From Gnetum montanum (Eukaryota; Plantae; Gnetophyta): a stretch of 64,000 nucleotides of DNA. The notes below the pieces were generated by a model. It had not been told where the DNA came from and did no database searches. It was given only the letters and a program-made list of their open reading frames with translations. Each line of letters starts with the position of its first letter. Position 1 is the first letter of the stretch. The translations under genes and the position numbers were made by a program. Location: the NCBI GenBank assembly GCA_015680685.1, contig MNCI01002384.1, positions 736,493 through 800,492 of the forward strand, given 5' to 3'. Below are positions 62,048 to 64,000 of the stretch, one piece after another.

Positions 62048-64000
62048 ACTTGATGGCGTTGAAGTATGACTTGGAGTTTCTCCTCTTCGGTTTGGGGATC
62101 CTGTGTCATCCATGCCAATGTTCCAATGTTTGATGGAGTTGGCACCTCCCATGGGAAAGGTAGTTATGGAAATATTTTGTTTGCTTTGACATACCAGGCT
62201 GCAAACACTTGCTGTTCCTCCTCATAAGCTCTGGCTTTGTCTCTGTATTCTTGAAAATCTGCAAGCCGTTGAGCCAAGTCTATTGCAATACCTTTTTGCC
62301 CCTGGTAGCTTGCTTTAACCACCTCAAGTTCAGAATTTGCAACCTCCAATTTTTGCAATATCTTCTTGCGTTCTGCAAATTCTATTTCATATTTGATGTA
62401 GGTGGTGGCTACCCATTGCTTGAGCTCTGTTCTCAGGCACCATGCTATTAACATGGCAAGGTTGGAATACCGTAGGTTTGCCAACTCCATGTATTCTGTA
62501 AGGTCTTGGATCTGTAGGTCCTAGTTCTTAACTTCTGCCTAGTGGGCAAATGCATATGTGTCCAATATGGCTCGCTAGTCAGTGTGTTGAGCACTGAGAG
62601 TGTTGATGTGGGCCTTGGCCATATGGATCTCCTTCTCAATGATCTATTTATATATCCCCACCTGGTCTAGAAAGTGCTCCTTTAGATTTTCATGCTATTT
62701 AGCCTCATTTTGCCACGCGCTTATTTCAATAGTCATCTTTTGACGAATGGTGCATACCTTCTACATTGAGAGGGTTCGATTTTTCCTGGCTAAATAGTTC
62801 ATGTCCTAGTTGACCCTGATGAGTTGTTCTCACAACTGTTGAAAATGTTCTTCGAGAACATTCTTTTGCTTCTCCACAGAGGTCAACCGAAGGTTGTCAG
62901 CAAAAATTTGCTTGTTTTCCTCTTGTAAGGCCTTGAGTGCCTTAGTATGCACATAAGTTTGTGCTTTTGCCTTAGAGGCATCCCAAACAACCTTCTCTTT
63001 TTCTTCTGTCACCTTCTTATTCTCCATCAATAGTTTGGTTAGTTGCTTAGTTTTGAAAGTGTCCAGTTGGTCTACGGGAACAAACTGAGAAGGATCCCGC
63101 TGTGTTGCTTGTAGGATCATGAGCCTTTCTTGAAATTTTTGCACCTTTGTTTCAGCGTGCTTGGCCCTCATCTTTGTTAAGACCAGCCTCCCTTTGGTGG
63201 AAATGAGGTCTGATTGGATTGCTGTAACATCCTATGGGATGTCAAACAAGGACATCATTACTTGTCCTATTTATAGCAATTAGTCAAGTACATCCTCATG
63301 TTTCATAGGAGTCATTGAGATTCCAGCCAGAGTTTGAGCATCCCATGCTCTTATAAGATTTGGTGGTGGCACAATAGGTACATTGAACGATTCTTTAATG
63401 TGGTCTGCGACCACTTTTGTGGCTCCTGCTACATCCTGGTGCTGCATGACCACCATTGTGGCCCCTTCACTAGTTTCTAATTGCACTTGAAATGATCCAG
63501 TGTTCCCTGAGATCTATTGTGACCAAGTGCTCTCCTCTCCTCCTATATGGATGGACACTTCATCCCTTGCACAATCCAAAGAAACTGTGGGCTATATGGC
63601 ATCATCGATGATGAGGAAGAGATTTGCATCATCGATTCCCCAACTGACCATCTTAGCGATGGCCTTGAGATGGCTCATCAACGGTCTATAATCTTATAGC
63701 AGTGGTGGTGGTTGATCCTACTAGCTCATGCTAGGCCCTGCTTCTTGTTGTTGGTTGGGTCCCATGCTTGGAAGTTGGCTAGGTCCTACAAGTTGAGTTG
63801 TAGTTGGCCCTGCCATTTGTTCCTTTTCTTGTTCTAGACCTAGTGTCTCACCAGTGATTTTCCTTGCAGCTGGTAGCTTTAGCAATTCATCATATGAAGA
63901 ATTTTAGGCTTTTTAGAGGACAACATTGGTGTATCCTCTAATACTAGCACATTGGCATAGCTTCCTGATAAGACAAGGGAAGGACAACACAAGCTTCCCT
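62048..64000 (-). pseudogene. 3' extra ORF (coiled-coil, env-like position) of the Athila-like element; continues at 39276-39212
   Basis: Same-strand ORF pieces 63280-63486, 62830-63171, 62164-62490; across the Tat TSD it reads ..LQRHQVPRPEA*DKGKAPMEEPLPPRTT* just upstream of the PPT/LTR. Confidence 0.65.

Overview
Plant-type (land plant; species not identifiable from the sequence), heterochromatin-like window built almost entirely of nested, decayed retroelements. No intact host gene, RNA gene or CRISPR array was found. Reconstructed nesting, most boundaries supported by LTR termini, PBS/PPT and 5-bp target-site duplications (TSDs): (1) an old Tat-type Gypsy fragment (6002-~7.8k, possibly resuming at 36.7-38.15k), abutted on the left by SIRE-like Copia A (1-6001, minus) and followed by an L1-type LINE (~8.07-36.35k). 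The LINE is split by a 3.3-kb solo LTR (8630-11897), by pol-less SIRE-like Copia B (12266-29508, whose 3' LTR contains a Tekay chromovirus at 18094-28591) and by a non-autonomous LTR element (30920-33911). (2) An Athila-like element (3' LTR 38161-39020, minus, running beyond 64000) split by a 22.8-kb Tat/Ogre-like element (39282-62042), whose integrase is split by a 4-kb solo LTR (53495-57478). Highlights: the Tat element carries, between protease and RT, a ~4.7-kb antisense multi-exon gene apparently fusing an FCP1/NIF-type HAD-phosphatase-like domain to a plant-mobile-domain-like region; the 4-kb solo LTR has captured an intron-free F-box (At4g00755-like) coding sequence in its U3; several unrelated LTRs carry arrays of ACGT/CG palindromes eroded by C-to-T deamination. 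All protein-family calls are by-eye motif recognition and need HMM confirmation.
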